DNA of 64,000 nucleotides, from positions 34,029 to 98,028 of the IMG/VR virus record IMGVR_UViG_3300034073_002131; one strand, 5' to 3'. Below are positions 40,263 to 49,402 of this stretch, piece after piece. Both the position numbers and the translations under genes were made by a program. The first letter of the stretch is position 1; each line of letters starts with the position of its first letter. The notes below the pieces were generated by a model. That model was not told the origin of the DNA. It saw nothing but the letters and a program-made list of their open reading frames with translations, and searched no databases. The DNA is from a virus.

Positions 40263-41444
40263 CTATTCACTTCCACCCTCAGGCCTGCCGCCTTGTGATG
40301 GATTTGCTGCACTACCAGCAATATTAGCTGGAATTCTTATCTCGTCAGCTCCCGCTAGTTTGTCATAGCGGAGCTCTTGGCGAGCTTCATTTGGTGTTAT
40401 AATACCGCCATTAACCAGTGTAGCATGATAGCTGGCAATATCTTTAATATCTGGTTGTAAGGCACTCACAGTTTGTGTAATTGCTTCTACATCGTATCCA
40501 AAATACCGTTCCACAGCACTTACCCAACTCTTAACAATAGGCATTACAGTTTCTAGATAGAACAGCCTTAAGTTAGGAGCAATATTAGCGTTATTGCCGC
40601 CCATTAACAAGATAGGTGGAACGCCTAGTGCCTGCAGGATCTTTTCTTGATGAGTCTTGATCGATTGATCAAAATCCATTTCTTTGAAACTGGTGTCTGT
40701 AATTTTTTGTGGCTTCAATCCACTATCCAAGATCACCGGACGTCGACCACCAACTTTAGGATTATACTTTTGTTGCCAGTACTGTATAGTACGCTCTTTG
40801 GCTATGGTCGATAGCGTATTTTCAGTGGTTAAGACCATACCAAACACAGCACCATTTTCAAAGAACGCGTCCTGAAACTGTTCCATGTTGTAGAGTGTCT
40901 TGATTGATCTGCTAGCACTTTCCAGCCTGCTAGATCCGCGATAGATACTCTCACTACTTAAATCTTTAAGAGAGAATACTTCCCCTTCCCGAAAATCTAC
41001 TAGCCCATTGTACCTATAACCTTTAATAAAGGTTTTTTCATCGGTGAGTATTTCTACCCTGCTAGCGGGTAGGTGGTAGAGAAATGTACCGTCGTAGTGT
41101 ACGAACACATTGCCCTCTAGTAAATAATCCGTAAATATGTTTTTACGAAAATCTTGTGCCGACTGGTAGGGATTGGGTCTGTAGTTTAGCAGTGTACTTA
41201 GAGACTTTTGACGAGTCCCTACCACTACACCTTCATACAGTTTGTCTTTTATATCGTAATCTAAGCCGCTACAAGCACTTACTATTAGGTTAACACCACG
41301 ATTAACCATCTCAACACGCTTAAATGCTTGCTGATAGGTAATTGGCGCAGTGGTACCAACCATGGTACCTTCTTCTTGTGCTATACGTACCTGCGCAGGA
41401 TTAAGTTTCCAGCGCAAGTCACTAAAAAATTCTTTAATGCCCAT
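40263..41444 (-). CDS. Portal protein (HK97 family)
   Basis: PNPYQS, FFENGA, ALGVPP, ITPNEAR; start chosen after GGAGG SD. Confidence 0.92.
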   Translation of the reverse strand: MGIKEFFSDLRWKLNPAQVRIAQEEGTMVGTTAPITYQQAFKRVEMVNRGVNLIVSACSGLDYDIKDKLYEGVVVGTRQKSLSTLLNYRPNPYQSAQDFRKNIFTDYLLEGNVFVHYDGTFLYHLPASRVEILTDEKTFIKGYRYNGLVDFREGEVFSLKDLSSESIYRGSSRLESASRSIKTLYNMEQFQDAFFENGAVFGMVLTTENTLSTIAKERTIQYWQQKYNPKVGGRRPVILDSGLKPQKITDTSFKEMDFDQSIKTHQEKILQALGVPPILLMGGNNANIAPNLRLFYLETVMPIVKSWVSAVERYFGYDVEAITQTVSALQPDIKDIASYHATLVNGGIITPNEARQELRYDKLAGADEIRIPANIAGSAANPSQGGRPEGGSE

Positions 41445-41445
41445 G

Positions 41446-41877
41446 TCAGCCTCCAGTAAACTCACTAAACGGAGAGCCCCACGTAGGCTGCTTTAGCACT
41501 TCACCACTCTGTTTCTGACGTTGCAGTTCCAACCAAGATTGTTGCTTACTAGCGGTACCCAGACCAGGCGCTTTGCCAAATATCTGGTGTAGCCGAACGT
41601 GGTGCCTGTTACATAGTGTGTATACTAGTTCATACAGCTCACGCTGGTGCTCTTCAATGAACTGGTCCCTAACCCTAAGTACCTCATCATCCGTATCCAG
41701 CTGGATGCCTTGGAGTTGGCACCAGCGCTCTAGGAGTAAGGTGATACTGTGGGTATGGTGTAGTTCAAGGTCTTGGTTAGTTCCACAAACCCAGCACTGA
41801 GATTGCTTTTGGTAAGCACCCTTTGCACGGTCTCGGATCCATTTTACAGGTATACGTTTTTGAGTATTTTTTGCCAT
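41446..41877 (-). CDS. HNH-like packaging/nicking endonuclease
   Basis: CWVCG...LELHH...TLCNRHH..LH; start MAKNTQ just below promoter. Confidence 0.8.
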   Translation of the reverse strand: MAKNTQKRIPVKWIRDRAKGAYQKQSQCWVCGTNQDLELHHTHSITLLLERWCQLQGIQLDTDDEVLRVRDQFIEEHQRELYELVYTLCNRHHVRLHQIFGKAPGLGTASKQQSWLELQRQKQSGEVLKQPTWGSPFSEFTGG

Positions 41878-41886
41878 AATGTTAGT

Positions 41887-41915
41887 ATTATACCACCGGG
41901 GCACGAGGAGGTCAA
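41887..41915 (-). promoter_or_regulatory. sigma70 promoter for head operon
   Basis: TTGACC-17-TATAAT. Confidence 0.8.
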
Positions 41916-41948
41916 TGTGGTAATTTTCCTAGCCTTAGAATTTTACAC

Positions 41949-41977
41949 TTGAACTGCCTACTAGAATGTGTTATAAT
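41949..41977 (+). promoter_or_regulatory. Promoter-like element antisense to terL
   Basis: TTGAAC-17-TATAAT with extended -10 TG. Confidence 0.55.
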
Positions 41978-41979
41978 AG

Positions 41980-43293
41980 TTATCTAGTAAACGAGTATAA
42001 ACAGTATCTGAGCGCATCCATAAGGTGTGAATACTTGTCGTGTTTTGGCTTTTCCCGAGTCAAACCCTCACGATCATCCCACTTGTATTGATTTAGGGCT
42101 TCTATGGTCTTGGTACAGCCCGGGTCTACCCACAGTTTACCTTGTGCTACCAGTGTTTGTACATAGGCGATACCTGGTAGTACATCCTTTCGAGCACGTA
42201 CAGTAGGAATATCATACTGGTAAGCAAGGTCTTGGGCAAATTGTGCTGCTGCCGAGTCTATAAAGATTAATTCGATTTGGAACTCATCCGCTAGACCTTT
42301 AATCTGCTGGGCATGGTATTCAGTAGTCTGCTCCGCCTCCTCGTACTCACGGATAACCCAGAACCTGTCCTCCCCAGCATCGCGGGGGTCTGGCAGGTAA
42401 GCTACTACTAAGAAGGCTGTGGGGTCACGGTATCCAGGATCGCAGCCAGCAATAAACTGGGTGCTCCCATCTAGCTGCAGTTGGGGGTCCCAAGGGACAA
42501 TATTATCATCACCGAGTTCATAAATCTGACCCTCAAATGTGGTAAATGACGCCAAGTACTCCTGCTCAAACTCCTGCTTTGACATAGATCGTCTGGCTTC
42601 TTCAATGTCCTTAGGCGACATGCGTGGGTTTTCTTCATAGTCTGCCCACAAACTACACCACTCGGGAAACTCACTACTAAACCCACGATTCCAGAATCTG
42701 CTAAACCAGTTTTGCTTGCCACGGGGTGTGGAGATAAATATAGCTTTAGCGTCGACACGATCTAGGGTCGGTCTGAGCTGAATGTTAAAGGCTTCCTCGC
42801 CACCATCACCTAGTGCAGCCTCGTCAAAAAGGATAAGCTGGTACGAACGGCCTACCGTTGAGTCTACAGTGCTTAAGGAGCCCATACGCACAGTTGAGCC
42901 GTTTGATAACTCAATTACCCGGTCTTTAAGGTTATCCCGTTCCACTTCCAGCTCAAAGTGCTTGATAAACTTACGCTGAAGTTCGAAACTTATTGAGCTG
43001 AGATTGTAGTTGGGACTAATGACCAGGACATTGCAGTTGGGCACTAGGCTTACAAGTTGCGCGATAATATTTGCTATATAAGTTTTGCCAAGTCGACGTG
43101 CTAGTGCGGCTACAACAAAACGGTATTTGGGATTGTTGACGGCATTGATTAGTGCCAACTGCGCGCGGTTTAGCTGATCCCAAGCTCCGATAAGCTTAAG
43201 ATAGTTTTCGATTGGTAGTTTAATAAATCGGGTATGTGGGTCGAATTCTTGAATCCCGTCCCACTCAACATCGGACCTGGAGACTTTAAGCAA
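41980..43293 (-). CDS. terL: Terminase large subunit
   Basis: ARRLGKT, LILFDEAA, ISTPRG, DPGYRD, HLMDALRY. Confidence 0.95.
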   Translation of the reverse strand: MLKVSRSDVEWDGIQEFDPHTRFIKLPIENYLKLIGAWDQLNRAQLALINAVNNPKYRFVVAALARRLGKTYIANIIAQLVSLVPNCNVLVISPNYNLSSISFELQRKFIKHFELEVERDNLKDRVIELSNGSTVRMGSLSTVDSTVGRSYQLILFDEAALGDGGEEAFNIQLRPTLDRVDAKAIFISTPRGKQNWFSRFWNRGFSSEFPEWCSLWADYEENPRMSPKDIEEARRSMSKQEFEQEYLASFTTFEGQIYELGDDNIVPWDPQLQLDGSTQFIAGCDPGYRDPTAFLVVAYLPDPRDAGEDRFWVIREYEEAEQTTEYHAQQIKGLADEFQIELIFIDSAAAQFAQDLAYQYDIPTVRARKDVLPGIAYVQTLVAQGKLWVDPGCTKTIEALNQYKWDDREGLTREKPKHDKYSHLMDALRYCLYSFTR

Positions 43294-43753
43294 GTTTATC
43301 TCCCAGCAATTTCTGGATTAATTGCCCGTATCGGGTACCGTCTCCACCCTCGTTGATCTGTACATTAACCTGATTTTTGGGTCCACCTTGCCGGAGCTTT
43401 TCTAGCTGAATTTCACGGTCTAGGAGTTCCATTGACATTTTGTGTGAGAGTGCAAGTAGTTCACTTATGTCTTTAGTCGATCCGGTTTGCGACTCCTCTA
43501 ATTCCTGAAACTTTTGCTGGATTAAGGCGTCCATTGCACGGCGCATGCGGAATCGGTTGTTAAAGCCCAAGTCAAAGAATACCTGATTTATGTAGGATTT
43601 AACATCTGGACGCTTTAGGATTTGTGCTACATCATGTGGGTCTAGCTGAAGTACCTGGGCTACTTCTTGGGTGTTTTGATGTTCTAGGTAAAGATTGGCC
43701 ACCTCGAGTAGTTCGGGTGAGATGGGGATGGTGTCGGTGGGTAGTTGGTTCAT
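43286..43753 (-). CDS. terS: Terminase small subunit
   Basis: ISPE.LEVAN.YL HTH, T5-like, upstream of terL. Confidence 0.8.
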   Translation of the reverse strand: MNQLPTDTIPISPELLEVANLYLEHQNTQEVAQVLQLDPHDVAQILKRPDVKSYINQVFFDLGFNNRFRMRRAMDALIQQKFQELEESQTGSTKDISELLALSHKMSMELLDREIQLEKLRQGGPKNQVNVQINEGGDGTRYGQLIQKLLGDKLA

Positions 43754-43891
43754 GGGTGTTCCGGTAGTTTTTTAAAGTGTATCATATTCTGCGGTTTGGG
43801 GTCAATGGTGAAATTTTTTGAGGTGTTACACGCGTGGGTGGGCGCAGCGACCTTCGGGTATGTCAAGTCAAAAAACCGCCCCTATTTTACA

Positions 43892-43920
43892 ATTATAGTC
43901 TAGTATGGTAGTCATGTCAA
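43892..43920 (-). promoter_or_regulatory. Leftward consensus sigma70 promoter
   Basis: TTGACA-17-TATAAT. Confidence 0.75.
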
Positions 43921-43930
43921 GGCCTGTCCA

Positions 43931-43975
43931 ATTGTATTTTTCTATGGCAGCCTGGACTCGATTAATAAATACAAT
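43931..43975. promoter_or_regulatory. Bipartite LysR-like inverted repeat, copy 1 of 4
   Basis: ATTGTATTTTTCTAT-N15-ATTAATAAATACAAT; related copies near 45050-45089, 45835-45875, 48618-48657. Confidence 0.6.
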
Positions 43976-44047
43976 CACAATTTACTTGCACAAAATTTTC
44001 AACCCTGTATAATTAAACACATCGAAGCACACAACCTGGTAAGCAAG

Positions 44048-44200
44048 ATGAAAAACACCTACACGATCAGTTACTACTTGCAAGGCAAGCAAGGCTCTGT
44101 TACACTACAGGCTCAAAGCGAGGATGAAGCTTGCCATCAAGTTAAGGCAATGCGCAAGGGTTGCCGTATTTTCCACGTTATGAATTATAATCTTTATTGA
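44048..44200 (+). CDS. 50-aa hypothetical protein
   Basis: Manual translation MKNTYTISYYLQGK...; follows promoter at 43986-44013. Confidence 0.5.
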   Translation: MKNTYTISYYLQGKQGSVTLQAQSEDEACHQVKAMRKGCRIFHVMNYNLY

Positions 44201-44207
44201 GGCTAAC

Positions 44208-44390
44208 ATGAAAAACATTCTAGGATTCTTTCTGGTTGTGCTGGCCGTCATTGTAATGGCCGGTACTGGTGGCGGAGCGGATACCATGCCGCCCGATGCT
44301 GGATTCGTGCAATGGGTTAGCCTTGCTTGCCTTGCACTAGGCGCGCTGGCTTCTGGATTCGTTGGGGTTCTTTTGATGCTTGAAGATTGA
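44208..44390 (+). CDS. Small two-TM membrane protein
   Basis: Hydrophobic segments, GAGG SD. Confidence 0.6.
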   Translation: MKNILGFFLVVLAVIVMAGTGGGADTMPPDAGFVQWVSLACLALGALASGFVGVLLMLED

Positions 44391-44393
44391 AAA

Positions 44394-44717
44394 ATGACTA
44401 CTGAAAAAACCGTGAATTATACCGCCGAACAAACCCTTAAACTTGTGGCCGACTACAAGGCGGGCACTAGCGTTGAGGATATCGCTAAAGGAATGGGTAA
44501 ATCTGTTCGGTCGATTGTTGCTAAACTCTCACGCGAAGGCGTATACCAGAAAAAGGAATACACAACCAAAACGGGCGAGGCTCCCGTCAAAAAGGATGAG
44601 CATGCCGATATGATCGGCAAGGCCTTGAACCTTAGCGAAGGGGACACCGATTCGCTTGCCAAGGCTAACAAGCGCGCGCTTGCCGCGATTGTGGAATTTA
44701 TCAAGGCTCGGGCTTGA
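44394..44717 (+). CDS. T5 A2-like HTH DNA-binding protein, copy 1
   Basis: NYT.EQT...Y...IA...GKSVRSIVAKLSREGVY; recalled similarity to T5 A2. Confidence 0.7.
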   Translation: MTTEKTVNYTAEQTLKLVADYKAGTSVEDIAKGMGKSVRSIVAKLSREGVYQKKEYTTKTGEAPVKKDEHADMIGKALNLSEGDTDSLAKANKRALAAIVEFIKARA

Positions 44718-44765
44718 CAATAGGGGCGCAAGCCCCTATAATAGAATCTTTACTAGGGGGATGAG

Positions 44766-44960
44766 ATGGGCTTTTTAACGCGCAGGGAACGCTACGATTT
44801 GCTTTGTGCTGTAAAGCGTGGAGACAACCCTAAGATTCTGCAACGTGCGCTAACTGTTGAGGAGGAGGAATTTGTCAAGGAATTCGCTACCGAAGAGTTC
44901 GACAAGATTATGCAAGACCCCGAAATTGTGGCGGTAATGCAACGATTGCTCGATATATAG
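44766..44960 (+). CDS. Hypothetical protein
   Basis: Own promoter TTGACA-17-TATAAT at about 44714-44742. Confidence 0.55.
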   Translation: MGFLTRRERYDLLCAVKRGDNPKILQRALTVEEEEFVKEFATEEFDKIMQDPEIVAVMQRLLDI

Positions 44961-44967
44961 GCCTGGT

Positions 44968-45033
44968 AGCGTGTTGTATTTTTACAACACGCTGGCGCCA
45001 AAATTATATCATATAATTTTGGCGGGTGTCAAG
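44968..45033 (-). repeat. Cassette: TGTTG palindrome plus hairpin-embedded leftward promoter
   Basis: GTGTTGTATTTTTACAACAC; CGCCAAAATTATATCATATAATTTTGGCG-GGTGTCAAG. Confidence 0.8.
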
Positions 45034-45134
45034 GGCTCTGGCAAAAATATTTTTCTATGGGCTTGGCTGGGTCGATTAAAAAATACAATCAATAAAGGGT
45101 TGCACAACACTGGAAAGCCTGTATAATTCTCTAC

Positions 45135-45389
45135 ATGAACACAACACCTGGGAACAAAATGATGAACGATCCACAACAGATTATTGACCATGCAATGCAA
45201 TGTGGCGCGATTTGGGCTGGCATTGATAACCTTGCACTTCACAAGGATCGCAAAGCAGTTGCGGCATCGTTTCCACACTCACATGATGCGGAAGAATTCG
45301 TGTATCATGTATGGGATTGGTTGGACGATCACGGCTTCGAGGGTTTGCAAGTAACCCATGACGAAGAATTTGTTTTAATCTGGCTCTGA
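45135..45389 (+). CDS. Hypothetical protein
   Basis: ORF after promoter near 45100-45127. Confidence 0.55.
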   Translation: MNTTPGNKMMNDPQQIIDHAMQCGAIWAGIDNLALHKDRKAVAASFPHSHDAEEFVYHVWDWLDDHGFEGLQVTHDEEFVLIWL

Positions 45390-45398
45390 AACTTAACC

Positions 45399-45746
45399 TT
45401 GAAAGGGTTTATCATGCGCAACAAATTTGATTTTGTTTATCGTCGTAACCTTCTGGCCGACCTTGAAGGCGAAGGTGGTTCGCTTGTGTATGATGTTGAT
45501 GAAGGCATCACGGTTGCCGTTCGGCCGAGCGTACCCGAATCGTGGGCGCGTAATTCCGTGAATTGGGTAAAAATTGCGGTTGCCTACTGTTCAGACATTG
45601 ATACCTATGACCCGCTCAAAGGCGAGATTCTGGCAATGGAACGGGCTTTTCAGGGTGAGACGGTTTCGTTTCCCCGTATGCCCGGTGAAACCACGCTGGA
45701 AGTTGCACTGAACTTTTTGCGGTTTGTCAAGGGTGACGTAAACTAA
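45399..45746 (+). CDS. Hypothetical protein
   Basis: ORF; AVAYCS..D.Y...KG pattern. Confidence 0.6.
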   Translation: MKGFIMRNKFDFVYRRNLLADLEGEGGSLVYDVDEGITVAVRPSVPESWARNSVNWVKIAVAYCSDIDTYDPLKGEILAMERAFQGETVSFPRMPGETTLEVALNFLRFVKGDVN

Positions 45747-45754
45747 GGTAAACC

Positions 45755-45819
45755 CCAGGTGTTGCCTTTTAGCAACACCTGGGCGCCAATTTTATCATAT
45801 AAAATTGGCGGGTGTCAAG
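45755..45819 (-). repeat. Cassette: TGTTG palindrome plus hairpin-embedded leftward promoter
   Basis: CCAGGTGTTGC...GCAACACCTGG; CGCCAATTTTATCATATAAAATTGGCG-GGTGTCAAG. Confidence 0.8.
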
Positions 45820-45912
45820 GGCTTGGGCAAAAAATTTTTTCTATGGGCATGCGCGTGTGGATTAAAAAATACAATGGGACTTGGCTTGCTGTAGGCTAAA
45901 TTTTCCTGTACT

Positions 45913-46263
45913 ATGTTGTTTATGAACTCAAACCCGCTCATGAAACCCTGGTACGATGCCTGCCAAATTTGGCCGGAATTGGAACTCTACAATCCGCCGA
46001 CCTTCAAAATCTCGGAACGGCTTACCCGTACCGCTGGCTTGTGTATTGTGGAGACTGGCGAGATTACCTTGTCCGGACCATACTTGCGCGAATACCGCAA
46101 TTATATGATGGGACAAATTCTCACCCATGAGACTGCGCATTATATCGACTACTGTTTAAACGGTTGGCACAAATATAAGCGTCATCATGGCAAGCAATGG
46201 CAGGAAATCATGTATAATCTAGGCTACAAACCCGAACCCTTTCACACAATGGAATTGAGATAA
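45913..46263 (+). CDS. SprT-like zinc metalloprotease
   Basis: RLTRTAG...I.LS...HETAH...HGKQW. Confidence 0.8.
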   Translation: MLFMNSNPLMKPWYDACQIWPELELYNPPTFKISERLTRTAGLCIVETGEITLSGPYLREYRNYMMGQILTHETAHYIDYCLNGWHKYKRHHGKQWQEIMYNLGYKPEPFHTMELR

Positions 46264-46736
46264 TGGCAATCAAGCGAATCAGAATTTACGATATGGATGG
46301 CACAATTGTATGCTCCTTGCATCGTTACCGGACCATTATTGATGAGCGTGGCGAGCGTATCGACCTAGAATATTGGCGCGAGAATGAATACCGCGCGCTT
46401 GACGATTCCCTGCTACCGCTAGCAGAACAATATCGCGCAGACCTTGCCGATCCTGAATGCTATACCATCATTGCCACTGCGCGCGTACTAGGTGAACCAG
46501 ATATGCAATTTATTAGGGAGACACTAGGCGAACCCGATTATATCGTTTCCCGTAAATCGGGCGATACGCAATCGGGTCGAACTCTGAAAATCGGTGGGCT
46601 AGCAAAGTTTTTTAATCTTGTCAACTTCAAAACCGATGACGTTATCTTTTATGAAGATAACGCGGAATATCTGAAAGCCGTTTGTGACCGGTTTGATATC
46701 CGTGGAGTTTACATTCCAAGCCGTCAAGGGCACTAG
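46263..46736 (+). CDS. HAD-superfamily phosphatase
   Basis: DMDGT motif I, TAR motif II, YEDN motif IV. Confidence 0.8.
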   Translation: MAIKRIRIYDMDGTIVCSLHRYRTIIDERGERIDLEYWRENEYRALDDSLLPLAEQYRADLADPECYTIIATARVLGEPDMQFIRETLGEPDYIVSRKSGDTQSGRTLKIGGLAKFFNLVNFKTDDVIFYEDNAEYLKAVCDRFDIRGVYIPSRQGH

Positions 46737-46737
46737 A

Positions 46738-46761
46738 CAAACCGGGCAAATGCCCGGTTTT
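46738..46761 (+). terminator. Intrinsic terminator
   Basis: AAACCGGGCAAATGCCCGGTTTT. Confidence 0.8.
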
Positions 46762-46775
46762 ATTTTGCCCACCAA

Positions 46776-46795
46776 GTTAGTAAGCACTTACTAAC
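46776..46795. promoter_or_regulatory. SlmA-binding-site-like palindrome, copy 1
   Basis: GTTAGTAAGCACTTACTAAC. Confidence 0.6.
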
Positions 46796-46800
46796 TTGAC

Positions 46801-46987
46801 CTGGGCGCCAAATTTTATCATATAAAATTTGGGCGTGTCAAGGACCAAATTGTAACAATGTGTAACTGTTGCTTTTTTACCACGGGCACGATTTTATCAC
46901 TAAAATCGTGCCCGTGTCAAGGACCAAATTGTAACAATATGTAACAAGGCCTGGTCGTGTCGTTTTTTGTACACAAGGGTTTCCCCT
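46801..46987. repeat. Double cassette: two hairpin promoters, each followed by a TGTAAC-N4-TGTAAC box
   Basis: GTGTCAAGGACCAAATTGTAACAAT(G/A)TGTAAC twice. Confidence 0.85.
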
Positions 46988-47083
46988 ACTAGAAAATTTT
47001 GCACGGGGCTGAATTGTGTGCTATTATCTGGGTGTGGCACTTGTCACGCGCGATTTCCGGCGCTTTCCGGTAAAGGGTAGAAA

Positions 47084-47782
47084 ATGGCTCGCAAACAATT
47101 CTTTTGTATAGTTGACACTGAAACCACAATCGAGGATACCGTAGCCGATTTTGGCGCGTTAATCTGCGACCGTGAAGGCAAGATTTTTACGCAATGCGCG
47201 GTTTTGGTTCGTGGTGAATATGGGGATAAAACCCTTTTTCACGATAAAGCAAAATCCGATATTTGGGGATATGCTGGCTTGCATAAGCGCGAACAGGATT
47301 ATATCGCAATGCTAGATTCTGGTTTGCGTATGCTTGCAAGCGTACAGGCGATTAATCGCTGGCTTGCCCTTGCGGTTGGTAAATATAATCCCATTCTCAC
47401 GGCATATAATCTAAACTTTGACGAGGGTAAATGTCGGAATACCGGAATTGACCTTCAATTATTTACCGATCGGTTTTGCTTGTGGCAAGCGGCGATAGGT
47501 AACGTCTGCGGAACCCGCAAATATCGTCAATTTTGCCTTGAAAATCACCTATTTAATCCGCCGACCGACAAGGGTAATATGTCATTTAAAACTACTGCGG
47601 AATCGGTTTGCGGATTTATTCAAGGCAAATTCAAAACGGAACCCCATACCGCCATCGAGGATGCGCGCGATTTTGAATTGCCGATATTAACCGGGATTGT
47701 CAAGCGTAAAGGTTGGCGCGATAATCTTAAAGCCCATACATGGTATGATTTTCAGGTAAAAAACCACTTCAAGGCGATTTAA
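47084..47782 (+). CDS. DEDDh 3'-5' exonuclease
   Basis: DTETT, AYN..FD, HTAIEDA. Confidence 0.85.
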   Translation: MARKQFFCIVDTETTIEDTVADFGALICDREGKIFTQCAVLVRGEYGDKTLFHDKAKSDIWGYAGLHKREQDYIAMLDSGLRMLASVQAINRWLALAVGKYNPILTAYNLNFDEGKCRNTGIDLQLFTDRFCLWQAAIGNVCGTRKYRQFCLENHLFNPPTDKGNMSFKTTAESVCGFIQGKFKTEPHTAIEDARDFELPILTGIVKRKGWRDNLKAHTWYDFQVKNHFKAI

Positions 47783-47783
47783 T

Positions 47784-48038
47784 ATGATGGATGCAATCGG
47801 TATTATTGGCTCGATTGCATTCGCAACCTGCGCAATTCCGCAGGTTGTAGAATGCTACCGTAAACGATCCGCTGAAGGTTTGTCGTGGATGTTTTTAATC
47901 TTGTGGGCTATTGGCGAAATATTTACCATTATTTATATCTGGCCTAAACAAGATTGGATTTTACTCGGTAATTATTTCTTTAATTCGCTTTGCCTTGCGG
48001 TTATGATTTTCTTTAAAATTGAGGATACTAGAAAATGA
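47784..48038 (+). CDS. PQ-loop / SemiSWEET-like membrane protein
   Basis: IPQVVECYRKRSAEGLS; three TMs. Confidence 0.8.
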   Translation: MMDAIGIIGSIAFATCAIPQVVECYRKRSAEGLSWMFLILWAIGEIFTIIYIWPKQDWILLGNYFFNSLCLAVMIFFKIEDTRK

Positions 48039-48382
48039 TTTTCCACAAATCAGATATTGAACTATTTCAGCGAATTGCGGAAACTGAAATTCGAATCCGC
48101 AAACCCGTTGTTTTGCAGGTTCAGAAAACCGTGAAACTAAATTCCGATTGGTGCATTGGCCTATGGGAAGATGAATGGGATTATCATTCTATTAAAATCT
48201 CACGCGCTGAAATTTGGAATCCCGTAGAATTATTCGCTACCATTATTCACGAATATGTCCATGCGTGGCAATCGGAAAATAACCTACCCGTAAACCATTC
48301 TCCTTCAGGTTATTTTCCACATTGGCGAAAATATTTTAGGCGATACTATGGCGTTAATATTGCAGGATTAAACCATGCGTAA
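48035..48382 (+). CDS. Zincin-like metallopeptidase
   Basis: TIIHEYVHAWQ...H. Confidence 0.7.
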   Translation: MIFHKSDIELFQRIAETEIRIRKPVVLQVQKTVKLNSDWCIGLWEDEWDYHSIKISRAEIWNPVELFATIIHEYVHAWQSENNLPVNHSPSGYFPHWRKYFRRYYGVNIAGLNHA

Positions 48383-48490
48383 AATAATCGTTTGCGGGTT
48401 TTTGCTTGCCTTTTTAATTGCGGATAGGCGATACCCGGAATTAAAGATTGAAACTCAATATTTAATTCCGCATATTACGCTTGTGGTATA

Positions 48491-48520
48491 AATAAAAACC
48501 CCGAATAGGGGTTTTTATTT
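48491..48520. terminator. Bidirectional terminator
   Basis: AATAAAAACCCC-GAATA-GGGGTTTTTATT. Confidence 0.8.
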
Positions 48521-48530
48521 ACCAGGCTAA

Positions 48531-48550
48531 GTTAGTAAGCACTTACTAAC
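48531..48550. promoter_or_regulatory. SlmA-binding-site-like palindrome, copy 2
   Basis: Identical to 46776-46795. Confidence 0.6.
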
Positions 48551-48560
48551 TTGCTTTTGC

Positions 48561-48600
48561 TGGCGCCAAATTTTATCATATAAAATTTGCTCGTGTCAAG
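48561..48600 (-). repeat. Hairpin-embedded leftward promoter cassette
   Basis: GGCGCCAAATTTTATCATATAAAATTTGCTCGTGTCAAG. Confidence 0.8.
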
Positions 48601-48746
48601 GGGGTTTTTGAAAAAAATTTTTCTATGGGCTTGCCCTAGTCGATTAAAAAATACAATCACGCTACCAGGGCACGGGGCTGAATTTTCGTGTAGAATTCTT
48701 TTTGTGGCGAGTGCATGGGGCGCTTGCCCGAACTAGGGAAACTGTC

Positions 48747-49073
48747 ATGGCTGAAAAAACCGTGAACTACACTGCGGAACAAACCGCGAAACTTGTGGCC
48801 GACTATCAAGCCGGTGTAACCGTGGAATCAATTGCGGAAGGGTTGGGCAAATCAGTTCGAAGCATCGTGGCGAAACTGTCACGCGAGGGTGTTTACCAGA
48901 AAAAGGTTTATACCACAAAAACGGGCGAACCCGTTCAGAAAAAGGATATGACAGCCGACGCAATCGGTCGAATCTTGAACCTTTCGGAAAGCGATACCGA
49001 TTCGCTCACCAAAGCGAACAAGCGTGCTTTGAAAGCGATTTTCGAAGCGCTTGCAAACTCGAAACCCCTGTAA
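48747..49073 (+). CDS. T5 A2-like protein, copy 2
   Basis: Highly similar to 44394-44717; start MAEKTVNY. Confidence 0.75.
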   Translation: MAEKTVNYTAEQTAKLVADYQAGVTVESIAEGLGKSVRSIVAKLSREGVYQKKVYTTKTGEPVQKKDMTADAIGRILNLSESDTDSLTKANKRALKAIFEALANSKPL

Positions 49074-49120
49074 ACTGAAAAAACCCTAGGCTTTAGCCTA
49101 GGGTTTTGAAGGGATAAATT

Positions 49121-49306
49121 ATGCTCAATCATTCTGTTATCGCTATAATGCGCGATGGTGAAGGCTTTGTATCCGTTGGGTATGGTACTGATCCAGAATC
49201 AGCACTGCAAGATTTGCAAGCAAATCTTGATGAAGAACTTTTAGACCATCGAATGATAACCTTTTACCGTTCGATGGACGTTAAAATTAAACTGTGCATA
49301 GAATAG
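49121..49306 (+). CDS. Hypothetical protein
   Basis: ORF with SD, followed by terminator 49326-49348. Confidence 0.5.
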   Translation: MLNHSVIAIMRDGEGFVSVGYGTDPESALQDLQANLDEELLDHRMITFYRSMDVKIKLCIE

Positions 49307-49310
49307 CCTA

Positions 49311-49325
49311 GCATAATTCGTGCCA
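49311..49325 (-). promoter_or_regulatory. sigma54 -24/-12 site
   Basis: TGGCACGAATTATGC (GG-N10-GC). Confidence 0.6.
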
Positions 49326-49364
49326 GCCCCGAAAGGGGCTTTTTTTTTGTGTCCAGACCCAGCC

Positions 49365-49398
49365 CGGCACGTTTTTTGCCTTAGCAAGAATCGTGCCA
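49365..49398. promoter_or_regulatory. Two head-to-head sigma54 -24/-12 sites
   Basis: CGGCACGTTTTTTGC (+) and TGGCACGATTCTTGC (-), 4 bp apart. Confidence 0.75.
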
Positions 49399-49402
49399 GG
49401 TC

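Noticed and set aside
47034-47048. matS or fifth sigma54 site (GTGGCACTTGTCACG)
   Set aside because: Wrong spacing for matS and lacks the TTGC -12 element
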